From Dehalococcoidia bacterium (GTDB lineage: Bacteria > Chloroflexota > Dehalococcoidia > Lucifugimonadales > UBA3495), in contig OZ247430.1 in the NCBI GenBank assembly GCA_965232895.1, positions 131,388 to 195,387 on the forward strand: a stretch of DNA of 64,000 nt, in the 5' to 3' direction. The notes under the pieces were generated by a model. The model ran no database searches and was not told where the DNA came from. It saw only the letters and a list, made by a program, of their open reading frames with translations. The position numbers were made by a program, and so were the translations under genes. Below are positions 10,056 through 18,344 of this stretch, piece after piece. How positions within the stretch are numbered: position 1 is the stretch's first letter; each line of letters begins with the position of its first letter.

Positions 10056-11084
10056 TTACTGAGGATAGACGGCATTGGACACGCCGTCAAAGACGGGCGA
10101 TATATCCACGTTGTCCAACGCCGACGCGTCTCCGCCCAGGGCCGGAATGATGATGCGCAGGTTGGCGACCTCCAGACCAAGGTAGCTGTGATCGGGATCA
10201 CCGGGCACGCCGGGCAGGTCGTCGTCGGAGAGTTCGTCGATATATTCGGCTCCGGACTCGGCGGCGATGGTCTGCATGACGTCGCTGGGGAAGACCTCCG
10301 AGCCGAACACGGCGGGGATGCGCTGTTCCCTGATCTGCCGGATGAGGTTGGCAACGTCGCGGGCTGACGGTTCAGAGAAGTCAGACGGCTGGACCGCCCC
10401 GATAACCGTAAGGCCGTAGCGGTCGGCAAAGTACGCCCAGGAGTCGTGGTAGGTCAGCAGCTTGCGCTTCTCCGCGGGGATGGTGGGAATGGCGACCTTG
10501 ATGGCTTCGTCCAGCGTCGCAATGCGCGCGGCGAAAGCGTCATAGTTGGCGCGATAGTAATCGGCGTTGGCCGCATCCCTGGCCACCAGGTTGTCGCGGA
10601 CTATCTCGGCATAGCGCAGAGACAGGATGGGGTCGGGCCACAGGTGCGGGTTGGGCTGACCGTCCGATTCCGGGAAGGAGAAGTCGAACTGCCACTGTTC
10701 GCGGGTGATGGTCTGCTCTCCCAGGCTGACTATGGCGGCCCCGGGCTTCAGGTTGGCCTTCGCCATTTCCAGGGTCGGCTCCTCCAGGAATAGCCCGTTG
10801 AGGAAAATCAGGTCTGCGCCGGAGAGGGCAACCGCCACCGCTGGCGCGGGCTCGAACGTGTGGGAGTTTACGCCCTCGGGCACGACACCTTCCAGAGCGA
10901 TGCGAGTCCCACCGATGTTTTCCACGATGCTGGTGATGGGCGACACGGTGGTCACCACGTTTAGTTGGGAGGATGCCGGCTGGCCGGGAGCCGGCGCTCC
11001 GGACGGCTCTTCGCCGGCGCACGCGATGGCTGTTACGGCAACCAGGCTAAGCAGGAACGTGATGCAAATTTTCGTAAGAAACAT
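10056..11084 (-). CDS. metal-binding lipoprotein, cluster-9 SBP (ZnuA/TroA-like)
   Basis: Start set at MFLTKICITFLLSLVAVTAIAC (lipobox-like). Candidate ligand motifs are NSHTFEP, NPHLW and TYHDSWAYF (His at the third ligand position, as in Zn/TroA-type rather than Glu as in Mn-type). Confidence 0.85.
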   Translation of the reverse strand: MFLTKICITFLLSLVAVTAIACAGEEPSGAPAPGQPASSQLNVVTTVSPITSIVENIGGTRIALEGVVPEGVNSHTFEPAPAVAVALSGADLIFLNGLFLEEPTLEMAKANLKPGAAIVSLGEQTITREQWQFDFSFPESDGQPNPHLWPDPILSLRYAEIVRDNLVARDAANADYYRANYDAFAARIATLDEAIKVAIPTIPAEKRKLLTYHDSWAYFADRYGLTVIGAVQPSDFSEPSARDVANLIRQIREQRIPAVFGSEVFPSDVMQTIAAESGAEYIDELSDDDLPGVPGDPDHSYLGLEVANLRIIIPALGGDASALDNVDISPVFDGVSNAVYPQ

Positions 11085-11153
11085 TATTGTTGCTCTGTGT
11101 GGGTGGGAAAATCCCCCCAAGATGTGGGAAGGAATTAGCCTGCTATTCGTCTG

Positions 11154-11588
11154 TCAACCGGGAGGGTGGCAAATCGAGCAGACGCCGCCGATGGTGATGT
11201 TGTCGAGGTCGGGCGTGAACCCGAACTCCTGCTGCAGGCGCTGGCTGAATTCCGCCAGGTAGGCGGGGCTCAGGGTCTGCACGGAATAGCAATCGGAACA
11301 GACCATGTGGTTGTGGCGATTGTGGTTGTCGGCCAGCTCGAAATGGAGTTTGTTGCCGATTACCACCTCAGTCACGACTCCGAGACGCTTGAGCAACTGC
11401 AAAGTGCGATAGATGGTAGCCAGGTCGACGTAGGGGTGCTGTTCCTTGGCCAGGTTCCACACCTCGTCGGCGCCGATATGGCCGGGCCGGTTGGCCACGA
11501 TGTCCAGTACCGACAGACGTTGCGGGGTCATCCGATAGCCTTCGGAGCGCAGGCGCGCCACTGCCGATTCATGCCCAGACATGCGCAT
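11154..11588 (-). CDS. Fur-family transcriptional regulator (probable Zur)
   Basis: Motifs RMTPQRLSVLDIV, ATIYRTLQLL, HNHMVCSDC and a C-terminal CSIC. It heads the metal ABC operon. The start could be either MRMSG or MSG. Confidence 0.8.
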   Translation of the reverse strand: MRMSGHESAVARLRSEGYRMTPQRLSVLDIVANRPGHIGADEVWNLAKEQHPYVDLATIYRTLQLLKRLGVVTEVVIGNKLHFELADNHNRHNHMVCSDCYSVQTLSPAYLAEFSQRLQQEFGFTPDLDNITIGGVCSICHPPG

Positions 11589-11609
11589 ACCACCGTTGTT
11601 GCATGGATT

Positions 11610-11648
11610 TGCGATAAACAATTATAGCATCGCATCCACCGGCGTCAA
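11610..11648 (-). promoter_or_regulatory. sigma70-like promoter with overlapping palindrome (candidate Zur operator)
   Basis: On the minus strand: TTGACG (11643..11648), a 16-nt spacer, then TATAAT (11621..11626). The palindrome TGCGAT-N13-ATCGCA (11610..11634) covers the -10 element. This is the only AT-rich patch upstream of the regulator gene. Confidence 0.45.
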
Positions 11649-11651
11649 CCT

Positions 11652-11825
11652 GCTTTGCGGCTGACGCGTACCCAGTTTCACCGGAGCCGTCATTGCGTGC
11701 GCAGCGCGGTAATCTCGTTGCAGCACGGAACGTTCTTGTGGGAACGCGATCGCCGCGTCGCTTGGCTCCTCGCGATGACAAACCGGGGTACGCGTGAGGC
11801 TTTGCGGCGCATGCGTACTCAGTTT
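11652..11825. repeat. palindromic REP/MITE-like element flanked by 27-nt direct repeats
   Basis: Direct repeats gctttgcggctgacgcgtacccagttt (11652..11678) and gctttgcggcgcatgcgtactcagttt (11799..11825) match at 23/27 positions by hand. Between them lies an imperfect inverted repeat, gtcattgcgtgcgcagcgcgg...ccgcgtcgcttggctcctcgcgatgac (11689..11779). Confidence 0.5.
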
Positions 11826-11923
11826 TGCGGGCGGGAAACTCCAGAAGCAGGAACTACGGGATTTGTTGATTTGCGTGATCGTAAACTCTCCATGACAGGA
11901 CGGATCCTATCCTGACAATCCTC

Positions 11924-11948
11924 AAATCTCGAAAACGCTGATTATGAC
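11924..11948. repeat. half-copy of the gtcagaatcagga...tcctgattctgac element family
   Basis: aaatctcgaaaacgctgattatgac matches the right end of the 25276..25362 element (caatctcgaaaatcctgattctgac) at 21/25 positions. Confidence 0.4.
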
Positions 11949-12041
11949 GATTGACGAAAGCCCGTAAGCATGAGCCCTTGCGGGCGGTCTCTGCCCCGGC
12001 ACTCACGAATGCCGGAGCCTTCGCCGTGCTAGAATTCGCCC

Positions 12042-12635
12042 ATGGGGGAAGTTCAAACCGGCCAGCGCGTGGCGGAAGTGACGGCGTCGCAAACGCAGCG
12101 CGTGGAGGCTCAATGCTACCGGGCGTACGAAGCGCCGCCGCTGGGGTCGTTGGTACGCATGGGGTCGCCTCCGATCTACGCAGTGGTTCTGGAGATCCGG
12201 CACGAGCCGCTGGATCCCACCCGTCCACTGGCGCCCAGAGGCGCAGACCTGGAGACGGAAGACGAGCTCTACGCAGCCAATCCCCAACTGAGCGCCATCA
12301 TGGTCACGAGATTCACCGCGGCTATCGTCGGCTACCGGTACGACGGCAGAATCCGCGCGGGATTACCCGGCCTACCGCCGGACCTCCACTCGTTTGTCTT
12401 CCTCTGCGATGCCGGAGATGTCGCCGGGTTCGGCGGCGATTTCGGGTGGCTGAAGCTCCTGTTGGAGGTGGGATCGCCGGCGTCAGACATTGCGATTGCG
12501 AAACTGCTGCGGCAGGCCTCCATTTCCCGAACCGACTCCCGGAGTTTCCTGATCGGGGCCGGAAAGGCGCTGGCCGCCGAGCTTTCTCGTGAGCCCCAGC
12601 GCATGCGGGCCCTGTTGCGCGAGGTCGGTGGATGA
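12042..12635 (+). CDS. hypothetical protein, HAS-barrel-like N-terminus, partner of HerA-class ATPase
   Basis: An in-frame TAG lies 12 nt upstream, so the start cannot be earlier. The N-terminal pattern GQRVAEVTASQTQRVEAQ...LGSLVRMGSPPIYAVVLEIRH resembles the barrel at the start of the downstream ATPase. It ends in an ATGA overlap with the next gene. Confidence 0.6.
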   Translation: MGEVQTGQRVAEVTASQTQRVEAQCYRAYEAPPLGSLVRMGSPPIYAVVLEIRHEPLDPTRPLAPRGADLETEDELYAANPQLSAIMVTRFTAAIVGYRYDGRIRAGLPGLPPDLHSFVFLCDAGDVAGFGGDFGWLKLLLEVGSPASDIAIAKLLRQASISRTDSRSFLIGAGKALAAELSREPQRMRALLREVGG

Positions 12636-14326
12636 TGCTGGCTGACGGATTCAGAAGCAACGGCTCGGGTTCACCTGGAGTTCGCCGGCTTGGCCAAGTG
12701 GTCGGAGGCTCACTGTCACGCGGTTTGGACGTCCGGCTGGACGCATCCGACTCCGGCGTCGAGGACGTGGCTGTGGGCTCGTTCGTGACCATCCAGGGAC
12801 GCCGGCAGCGCTATTTCGCTGTGGTGACCGACATCGAATTGCGGGCTGTGGACGACGGAGTGCGTCATTTTCCACCCCCTGAAATCGGCGATGGCGGTTT
12901 CGCCGCAGAGGTCATCTCCGGCACCGTGGCTTATGGGCAACTGTCGGCCATGCCCAGCATGGCGGTTCCGATTGAGGCCGTCCAGCAGGGGGTTGCCGAA
13001 CAGGCGAAGACGATTCCCGAGCATTTTTCCCCGGTATACGCAGCCTCGCAGTCAGACATTGACGCGGTATTTCAGGCTCAGGACGGGGACTTCGCCCTGG
13101 GGTCGCCGCAGGGCATGGAATCGTCGCTGGTACGCCTGGATCTGGAGACGCTGGCCAACCGGTCCGTCGGCGTGTTTGGCGCTTCCGGCACCGGCAAGAC
13201 CTTTCTGGCGCGGATGCTGCTGGCCGGCCTGGTGAAGCAAACCCCGGCAGTGTCGCTGGTATTCGACATGGAGAGCGAGTACGGCTGGCAGGGCCAGGAC
13301 AACGACCGGGGACGCCAGGTGAAAGGGCTGAAGCAGCTGTTCCCGTCCCGGGTCGTCACCTTCACCCTGGATGAGGAAAGCAGCCGCCGACGGGGAGCCA
13401 CGCCGGACGGGGTGGTTCGAATCGGGTACAACGAGGTCGAACCCGAGGACATCGAGGTGCTGCGAGAGTCGCTCAACCTGTCGGAGGTGGCGGCGAGCGC
13501 CGCGTGGAATGTCGCCCGGCATTTTCGGGAAAACTGGCTGCGGAAATTCATGGCATTGAGCACGGCTGACGTGGGTGACCTGGCATCTGAAATCGGCGTC
13601 AACCTGTCGGCCCTGCAAACGCTGCATCGTCGCCTCTTGTCCTGGGAGCGGTTCGGGTTCCTGGCGGACGAGAGCCAGGGCAACGCCAGCGCCGGCGGCA
13701 TCATCGAACAACTGGAGCGGGGAAATCACGTGGTCCTGGAGTTCGGGCAATATGGGCGCAACACCGCCGCGTACGTGCTGGTCAGCAACCTGTTGACCCG
13801 TCGCATCCACGAGACCTGGGTGCGGCGCAAGGAGTTGGCCGATGGCGGGCATGGAGACGAACCCAGACCGCTGGTGATCTTCATCGAAGAGGCGCACAAG
13901 TTCCTCACGCCGGACATCGCATCCCAGACCATTTTCGGCGCCATCGCCCGTGAATTGCGAAAGTACAACGTGACGCTGATGATCGTCGACCAGCGACCCA
14001 GCGGCATTGACTCCGAGGTCATGAGCCAGCTGGGCACCAGGCTGTCGTGCGCGCTGAACGACGACCGGGACATGAACGCGGTGTTGATGGGAGCCCGGGA
14101 CGCGGGCCAACTGCGGAATGTGCTATCGAGGTTGGACAGCAAGCAACAGGCCCTGGTATTCGGCCACGCGGTGCCCATGCCCGTGGTGGTGCGACCCCGT
14201 GACTACGACGAGGCGTTTTACGCGGATATGGGAGCAGTCTCTGGCGTCGCCGTTGCCGGTGTCATGGGCGAAACGGATGCGGAGCGAATGCAACGTGAAA
14301 TCGACGAGCTGTTCCCGCCCGAATGA
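12632..14326 (+). CDS. HerA/FtsK-class (DUF87-type) ATPase
   Basis: N-terminal barrel-like region, Walker A GASGTGKT, Walker B LVIFIEEAHKF, and MIVDQRPSGIDSEVMSQLGTRL typical of HerA-like hexameric ATPases. Confidence 0.8.
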   Translation: MMLADGFRSNGSGSPGVRRLGQVVGGSLSRGLDVRLDASDSGVEDVAVGSFVTIQGRRQRYFAVVTDIELRAVDDGVRHFPPPEIGDGGFAAEVISGTVAYGQLSAMPSMAVPIEAVQQGVAEQAKTIPEHFSPVYAASQSDIDAVFQAQDGDFALGSPQGMESSLVRLDLETLANRSVGVFGASGTGKTFLARMLLAGLVKQTPAVSLVFDMESEYGWQGQDNDRGRQVKGLKQLFPSRVVTFTLDEESSRRRGATPDGVVRIGYNEVEPEDIEVLRESLNLSEVAASAAWNVARHFRENWLRKFMALSTADVGDLASEIGVNLSALQTLHRRLLSWERFGFLADESQGNASAGGIIEQLERGNHVVLEFGQYGRNTAAYVLVSNLLTRRIHETWVRRKELADGGHGDEPRPLVIFIEEAHKFLTPDIASQTIFGAIARELRKYNVTLMIVDQRPSGIDSEVMSQLGTRLSCALNDDRDMNAVLMGARDAGQLRNVLSRLDSKQQALVFGHAVPMPVVVRPRDYDEAFYADMGAVSGVAVAGVMGETDAERMQREIDELFPPE

Positions 14327-14368
14327 AGTTCTTTACATCGATGCACCGGATGTTCAAGATATTGGATT

Positions 14369-15208
14369 ATGAAAGTTGTTGAAACTCGTGCAGAGATGGC
14401 AGCGTTGTGCCGGGAAGTCGACCGTGCGCTGGGACTGGTGCCGACCATGGGAGCGCTGCACGAGGGGCACCTGTCGCTGGTCCGACAGGCGCGCGCGGAC
14501 AACTCAACCCTGGCAGCGTCGATCTTCGTAAACCCGACTCAGTTCGGGCCTCACGAGGACTTTGCCCGCTACCCGCGCAGCCTGGAGCGGGATCTGGCGT
14601 TGTTGGAAGCGGAAGGCGCCGACCTGGTGTTCGTTCCGCCGCCCCACGAAGTGTATCCCGACGGTTTCGACACCTGGGTCGAGCCGGGCGCTGTCGCCGA
14701 GGGCATAGAGGGCGCGGCCCGGCCGGGACATTTCCGAGGCGTCGCTACCGTGGTAGCGAAACTATTCACCATCACGCGCCCCGACCGGGCCTATTTCGGG
14801 CAGAAAGATGGCCAGCAGGTGGCGGTCATCCGCAAGATGAACGCCGACCTGAACCTGGGAGTCGACGTGGTGACCATGCCGACGATCAGGGAGCCGGACG
14901 GCCTCGCGCTGAGCAGTCGCAACGCTTACCTGACCCCGGAAGAGCGGGAGGCCGCCCCCGCAGTGTATCGGGCGCTATGCGCCGCCGAGGACGTATGGCG
15001 CCGGGGCGAACGAGACGCAGGACGCATACAGCGTGCCGCCCACAACATACTGGGACGCGAGACCCTGATTGACGCGGTCGATTACATCAGCATCGTAGAT
15101 GCCGACACCATGCGGCCGCTCGAAGCCGCCCCCGCCGGCCAGCCAGTGATGATCGCTATAGCGGTGCGGGTGGGGGCGGTGCGGCTGATTGACAACGTGG
15201 TGATTTAG
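14369..15208 (+). CDS. panC: pantoate--beta-alanine ligase
   Basis: Motifs PTMGALHEGHLSLV, FVNPTQF, RPGHFRGVATVV, FGQKDGQQ and SSRN. Confidence 0.9.
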   Translation: MKVVETRAEMAALCREVDRALGLVPTMGALHEGHLSLVRQARADNSTLAASIFVNPTQFGPHEDFARYPRSLERDLALLEAEGADLVFVPPPHEVYPDGFDTWVEPGAVAEGIEGAARPGHFRGVATVVAKLFTITRPDRAYFGQKDGQQVAVIRKMNADLNLGVDVVTMPTIREPDGLALSSRNAYLTPEEREAAPAVYRALCAAEDVWRRGERDAGRIQRAAHNILGRETLIDAVDYISIVDADTMRPLEAAPAGQPVMIAIAVRVGAVRLIDNVVI

Positions 15209-15246
15209 AATTGATAACCTGGAAAACCAAGACGCGCTCGTTTGGA

Positions 15247-15684
15247 TTACTCGGTGTCGTCGACGACCAATACTTGCACTACAGGGTCGCCCACCGCCAC
15301 ATAACTGTTTTCTTCATCCAGATGGTCGCCGATCGGCTCAAACGATTCCCGTACCCGAAGCGTTTCTCGACGCGTTTCCCACTTGGGGGGTTGAAACATC
15401 GCTGACAATACTGTCCCTGATCCTCCGACGTTTACACGCCTGGTACGATAGGTCGATGCTACGGCGACCTTATCGCTGATGCGCGTGATTTTGACGCGCG
15501 TCTTAGGCAACTCAACAGCTCCCAGTTCTGCTCCCGTATCCGGATCGGTCACATCAACCTCAAACAATATATCGAACAACATGCCAACCTCGACGCCTTG
15601 GTTTTTGCCTATGTTCAAGGCAACTTCTCGCGACGTCAGGATCTTCGCGATCTTCCCCCTAATGGGATCACTGTGTATTCCCAT
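15247..15684 (-). CDS. hypothetical soluble protein (145 aa), second gene of low-GC cassette
   Basis: GGGGAG lies 9 nt upstream of the ATG, inside the end of the upstream gene (17-nt overlap). The beta-rich pattern GKIAKILTSREVALNIGKNQGVEVGMLFDIL is present. No family recognised. Confidence 0.55.
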   Translation of the reverse strand: MGIHSDPIRGKIAKILTSREVALNIGKNQGVEVGMLFDILFEVDVTDPDTGAELGAVELPKTRVKITRISDKVAVASTYRTRRVNVGGSGTVLSAMFQPPKWETRRETLRVRESFEPIGDHLDEENSYVAVGDPVVQVLVVDDTE

Positions 15685-16162
15685 CTCGCTCGACTCCCCA
15701 TCGCTCCGGCCATGAGCTCAGAATTTCATCCACGTCGGTGGGCACTATGTCCCGCCAGTCTTCGACAGCAGAGCCACCGGTGGGAATTTGTTCATTGACT
15801 ATGGCCTGAATGATGTCCAATCGGTGGTCATCGCTCCCATTCGCCTTGTAATCTTCAATGCGCTCAGACAGGCGAAAGAGACTATCCCTCAATGACAGGA
15901 TCCTACGTATCGAGGCCCGAGCGTGTGGGCGTATGACGTCATACGCCGCAGCTCGTGCAGCGTTGCGACCGAATCTGTACGAACCCCAAAGGCCAGTGAC
16001 CAAGGCAAACGATTGAAAAAGGTAGTTTTCTACCTGCGTGAGTTGGCGTATCGACGATACCACGATCATAGTGGCTAGGACAATTGCGAACACCAACCAC
16101 GAAGTAACGAGTGCCCAGTCAATAGGGTTTTCCATGAGGTACGCCTGAAGTTTTGAGCGCAT
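15668..16162 (-). CDS. hypothetical membrane protein (164 aa, 2 predicted TM helices)
   Basis: GAGAGG lies 9 nt upstream. TM segments are WALVTSWLVFAIVLATMIVVSSI and YLFQSFALVTGLWGSY, followed by a helical cytoplasmic-looking tail. No family recognised. Confidence 0.55.
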   Translation of the reverse strand: MRSKLQAYLMENPIDWALVTSWLVFAIVLATMIVVSSIRQLTQVENYLFQSFALVTGLWGSYRFGRNAARAAAYDVIRPHARASIRRILSLRDSLFRLSERIEDYKANGSDDHRLDIIQAIVNEQIPTGGSAVEDWRDIVPTDVDEILSSWPERWGVERDGNTQ

Positions 16163-16205
16163 CTGAGCGTACCTCTCGAATTGTGATACGGTCTAACCTG
16201 CACCA

Positions 16206-17204
16206 CTACGACTGCGTCAGCTCCCGCACCGTCTCCATCAGGGCCGGGATTACCTTTTCCCAGTCGCCGACCACGCCGTAGCGGGCTTCCTTGAAGATGT
16301 TGGCGTCGGCGTCCTTGTTGATGGCGACGATGGCCTTGGAGCCGCTGCATCCGGCCATGTGCTGGCTGGCGCCGGAAATGGCCACGGTGATGTAGAGGTC
16401 GGGCGTGATGGTCTTGCCGGTCAGTCCCACCTGGTAGTTGGCGGGAACCCAACCGGAGTCCACGGCGGCGCGAGACGCTCCCACGGCTCCGCCCAACAGG
16501 CCGGCCAGTTCTTCCAGCTGGGAGAAGGGCTCGGGTCCGCCGAGGCCGCGTCCGCCGGACACGACGATCCGGGCGTCCTCCAGCTTGATGCCCTCGGCCT
16601 CTTCCTTCACCACATCGACCACGCGGGTCTTCGCGGCGGCGGCATCGATATCCACGGGGAATGCCACCACCTGTCCGCTGCGACCGGCGTCAGCATCCAG
16701 GGGTTCGTAGGTCTTGGGCCGCAGAGCGGCGATCTGCGGAGTATGGGTGCAGCTAACCACCGCGATGGCGCTGCCGCCGTACACCGGGCGGTTAGCCAGC
16801 AGGCGACCGGTTCCGGGATCGGCGGACACCTCCAGGCAGTCCTGCGCCAGTCCCACGCCCAGGCGGAACGCCAGACGAGGAGCCAGTTCGCGGCCTTCGT
16901 TGTTTCGCGCAATGAGAATGATCCCGGGGTTGGCCTCGGAGGCCACGGTCTGCATGGCCGACAGGAACAGATCCGGATGGTAGTCGGCAAGGGCAGGGTT
17001 GGTCACTGCGTAGGCTTTGTCGGCGCCGTGGGCGATGGCCTGCTGGGGAGCATCGGCGACGTCCGCTCCGATCACCGCGATGGACAGTTCCTGGTTCAGG
17101 GCGTCGGCCAGCGAACGCCCGGCGGCCAGCAACTCCTGGGCAGTTGATGCCAGTTGCCCATCGGGGGCGTCGCCAAAAACGAGGATGCCGGTTGCGTCTG
17201 CCAT
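16206..17204 (-). CDS. etfA: electron transfer flavoprotein subunit alpha
   Basis: C-terminal FAD-binding motifs ([46 protein letters not shown]). The start is set at [11 protein letters not shown]. Confidence 0.9.
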   Translation of the reverse strand: MADATGILVFGDAPDGQLASTAQELLAAGRSLADALNQELSIAVIGADVADAPQQAIAHGADKAYAVTNPALADYHPDLFLSAMQTVASEANPGIILIARNNEGRELAPRLAFRLGVGLAQDCLEVSADPGTGRLLANRPVYGGSAIAVVSCTHTPQIAALRPKTYEPLDADAGRSGQVVAFPVDIDAAAAKTRVVDVVKEEAEGIKLEDARIVVSGGRGLGGPEPFSQLEELAGLLGGAVGASRAAVDSGWVPANYQVGLTGKTITPDLYITVAISGASQHMAGCSGSKAIVAINKDADANIFKEARYGVVGDWEKVIPALMETVRELTQS

Positions 17205-17243
17205 TAGAAGTTTATCTCCGTGAATCAGTGCGTTTCTCTTTAC

Positions 17244-17343
17244 GCTCATTCCCGCTTTCGTGGGAATCCAGAGTTGGTTGCCGGGGTTAGTGAAGTTGGC
17301 TTGAGAAAGGTTCTGGATTCCGGCTCATGGCCGGCATGACAGG
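17244..17343. repeat. palindromic repeat element filling the etfB-etfA intergenic gap
   Basis: Left arm gctcattcccgctttcgtgggaatccagag, right arm ttctggattccggctcatggccggcatgacagg. The arms are imperfect reverse complements (ggaatccaga / tctggattcc) and each contains its own small hairpin. Confidence 0.55.
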
Positions 17344-17352
17344 TTTGGTACG

Positions 17353-18153
17353 TTAGATAAGGCGATCCTCGCGGAGCCGCAACGCCAGCTGGCGAGCCGC
17401 GTCCGCGTCGTCGTCGCCCTCGATGATCTCGCAGTCCTGGTCCCGCTCGGGCACGAACAGATCATGCAGCGTCAGGCGCGGCTCCAGCTGGGCGTCGTCG
17501 ATGTCCAGGTCGCCAGTGGTCCAGACGGTTGGCCGCTTGCGGGTGGCCGCCATGATGCCTCGCAGCGTGGGGTATCGGGGCTGGCCCAGCTCGTTGCTGA
17601 CGGTGACCAGGGCCGGCAGGTCCGCCTCGACGACCTCGAAGCCGTCGGGGGCGAGACGTTCCACGACCACCTTGCTGTCCTGCACGTCCACCTTCTTGCC
17701 CAGGGTGATGCAGGCCATGCCGAGGGTCTCGGCGACCCCCAGGGGCACCTGGGCGTTGTCCCAGTCGGAAGCCTGGCGTCCGCAGATGATCAGGTCAAAC
17801 CCGCCCAGCTTGTTGATGGCGGCGGCGAGCAGCTGCACGGTGAAGAACGAGTCCACCGAGTTGGCGAAGGCGTCGTCCTGCAGTAGCACCAACTCGTCGG
17901 CGCCCATGGACAGCGGCTTTTTCATCACGTCCAGGGCGAACGTGGTTCCGGAAGAGATGACGGTGATGTTGGCGCCCTGCTCGTCCTTGATCTGCAGGGC
18001 AGCCTCCACCGCGTTTTCGTCGAAACCGTTCACCACGGGCGGAATGTTAGCCGGCGGTACCACCTGCCGGGCGTCGGGATCAATACGGAAGGCGGCGGCG
18101 GGCATCTCCGGGTCAACGACCTGCTTGGCCAGCACGCAAATATTAACGGGCAT
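17353..18153 (-). CDS. etfB: electron transfer flavoprotein subunit beta
   Basis: Motifs MPVNICVLAKQVVDP, VNGFDENAVEAAL, ICGRQASDWDNAQV and PRYPTLRGIMAA. Confidence 0.9.
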   Translation of the reverse strand: MPVNICVLAKQVVDPEMPAAAFRIDPDARQVVPPANIPPVVNGFDENAVEAALQIKDEQGANITVISSGTTFALDVMKKPLSMGADELVLLQDDAFANSVDSFFTVQLLAAAINKLGGFDLIICGRQASDWDNAQVPLGVAETLGMACITLGKKVDVQDSKVVVERLAPDGFEVVEADLPALVTVSNELGQPRYPTLRGIMAATRKRPTVWTTGDLDIDDAQLEPRLTLHDLFVPERDQDCEIIEGDDDADAARQLALRLREDRLI

Positions 18154-18344
18154 CAGGAAGGCACTCTCCTGTGGCGATACGAAAATGGGCTATGTGAAAG
18201 TTATCACTAGCCCATTCCAGTGTCAAACGTTCGCCGAATTCGTCGCGATAACAACGCTTTCGGGACAGACGTGCGGATCAAGCCCGTGGCCCGTTCCAAT
18301 TCCAAGGGCTATCGGATACCGAGATTGATCCGCGCCGGGTTCGA

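Noticed and set aside
13414-13423. ggttcgaatc, a tRNA T-arm-like motif
   Set aside because: It lies inside the HerA-class ATPase CDS, with no acceptor or anticodon stems around it. No tRNA could be folded by eye.
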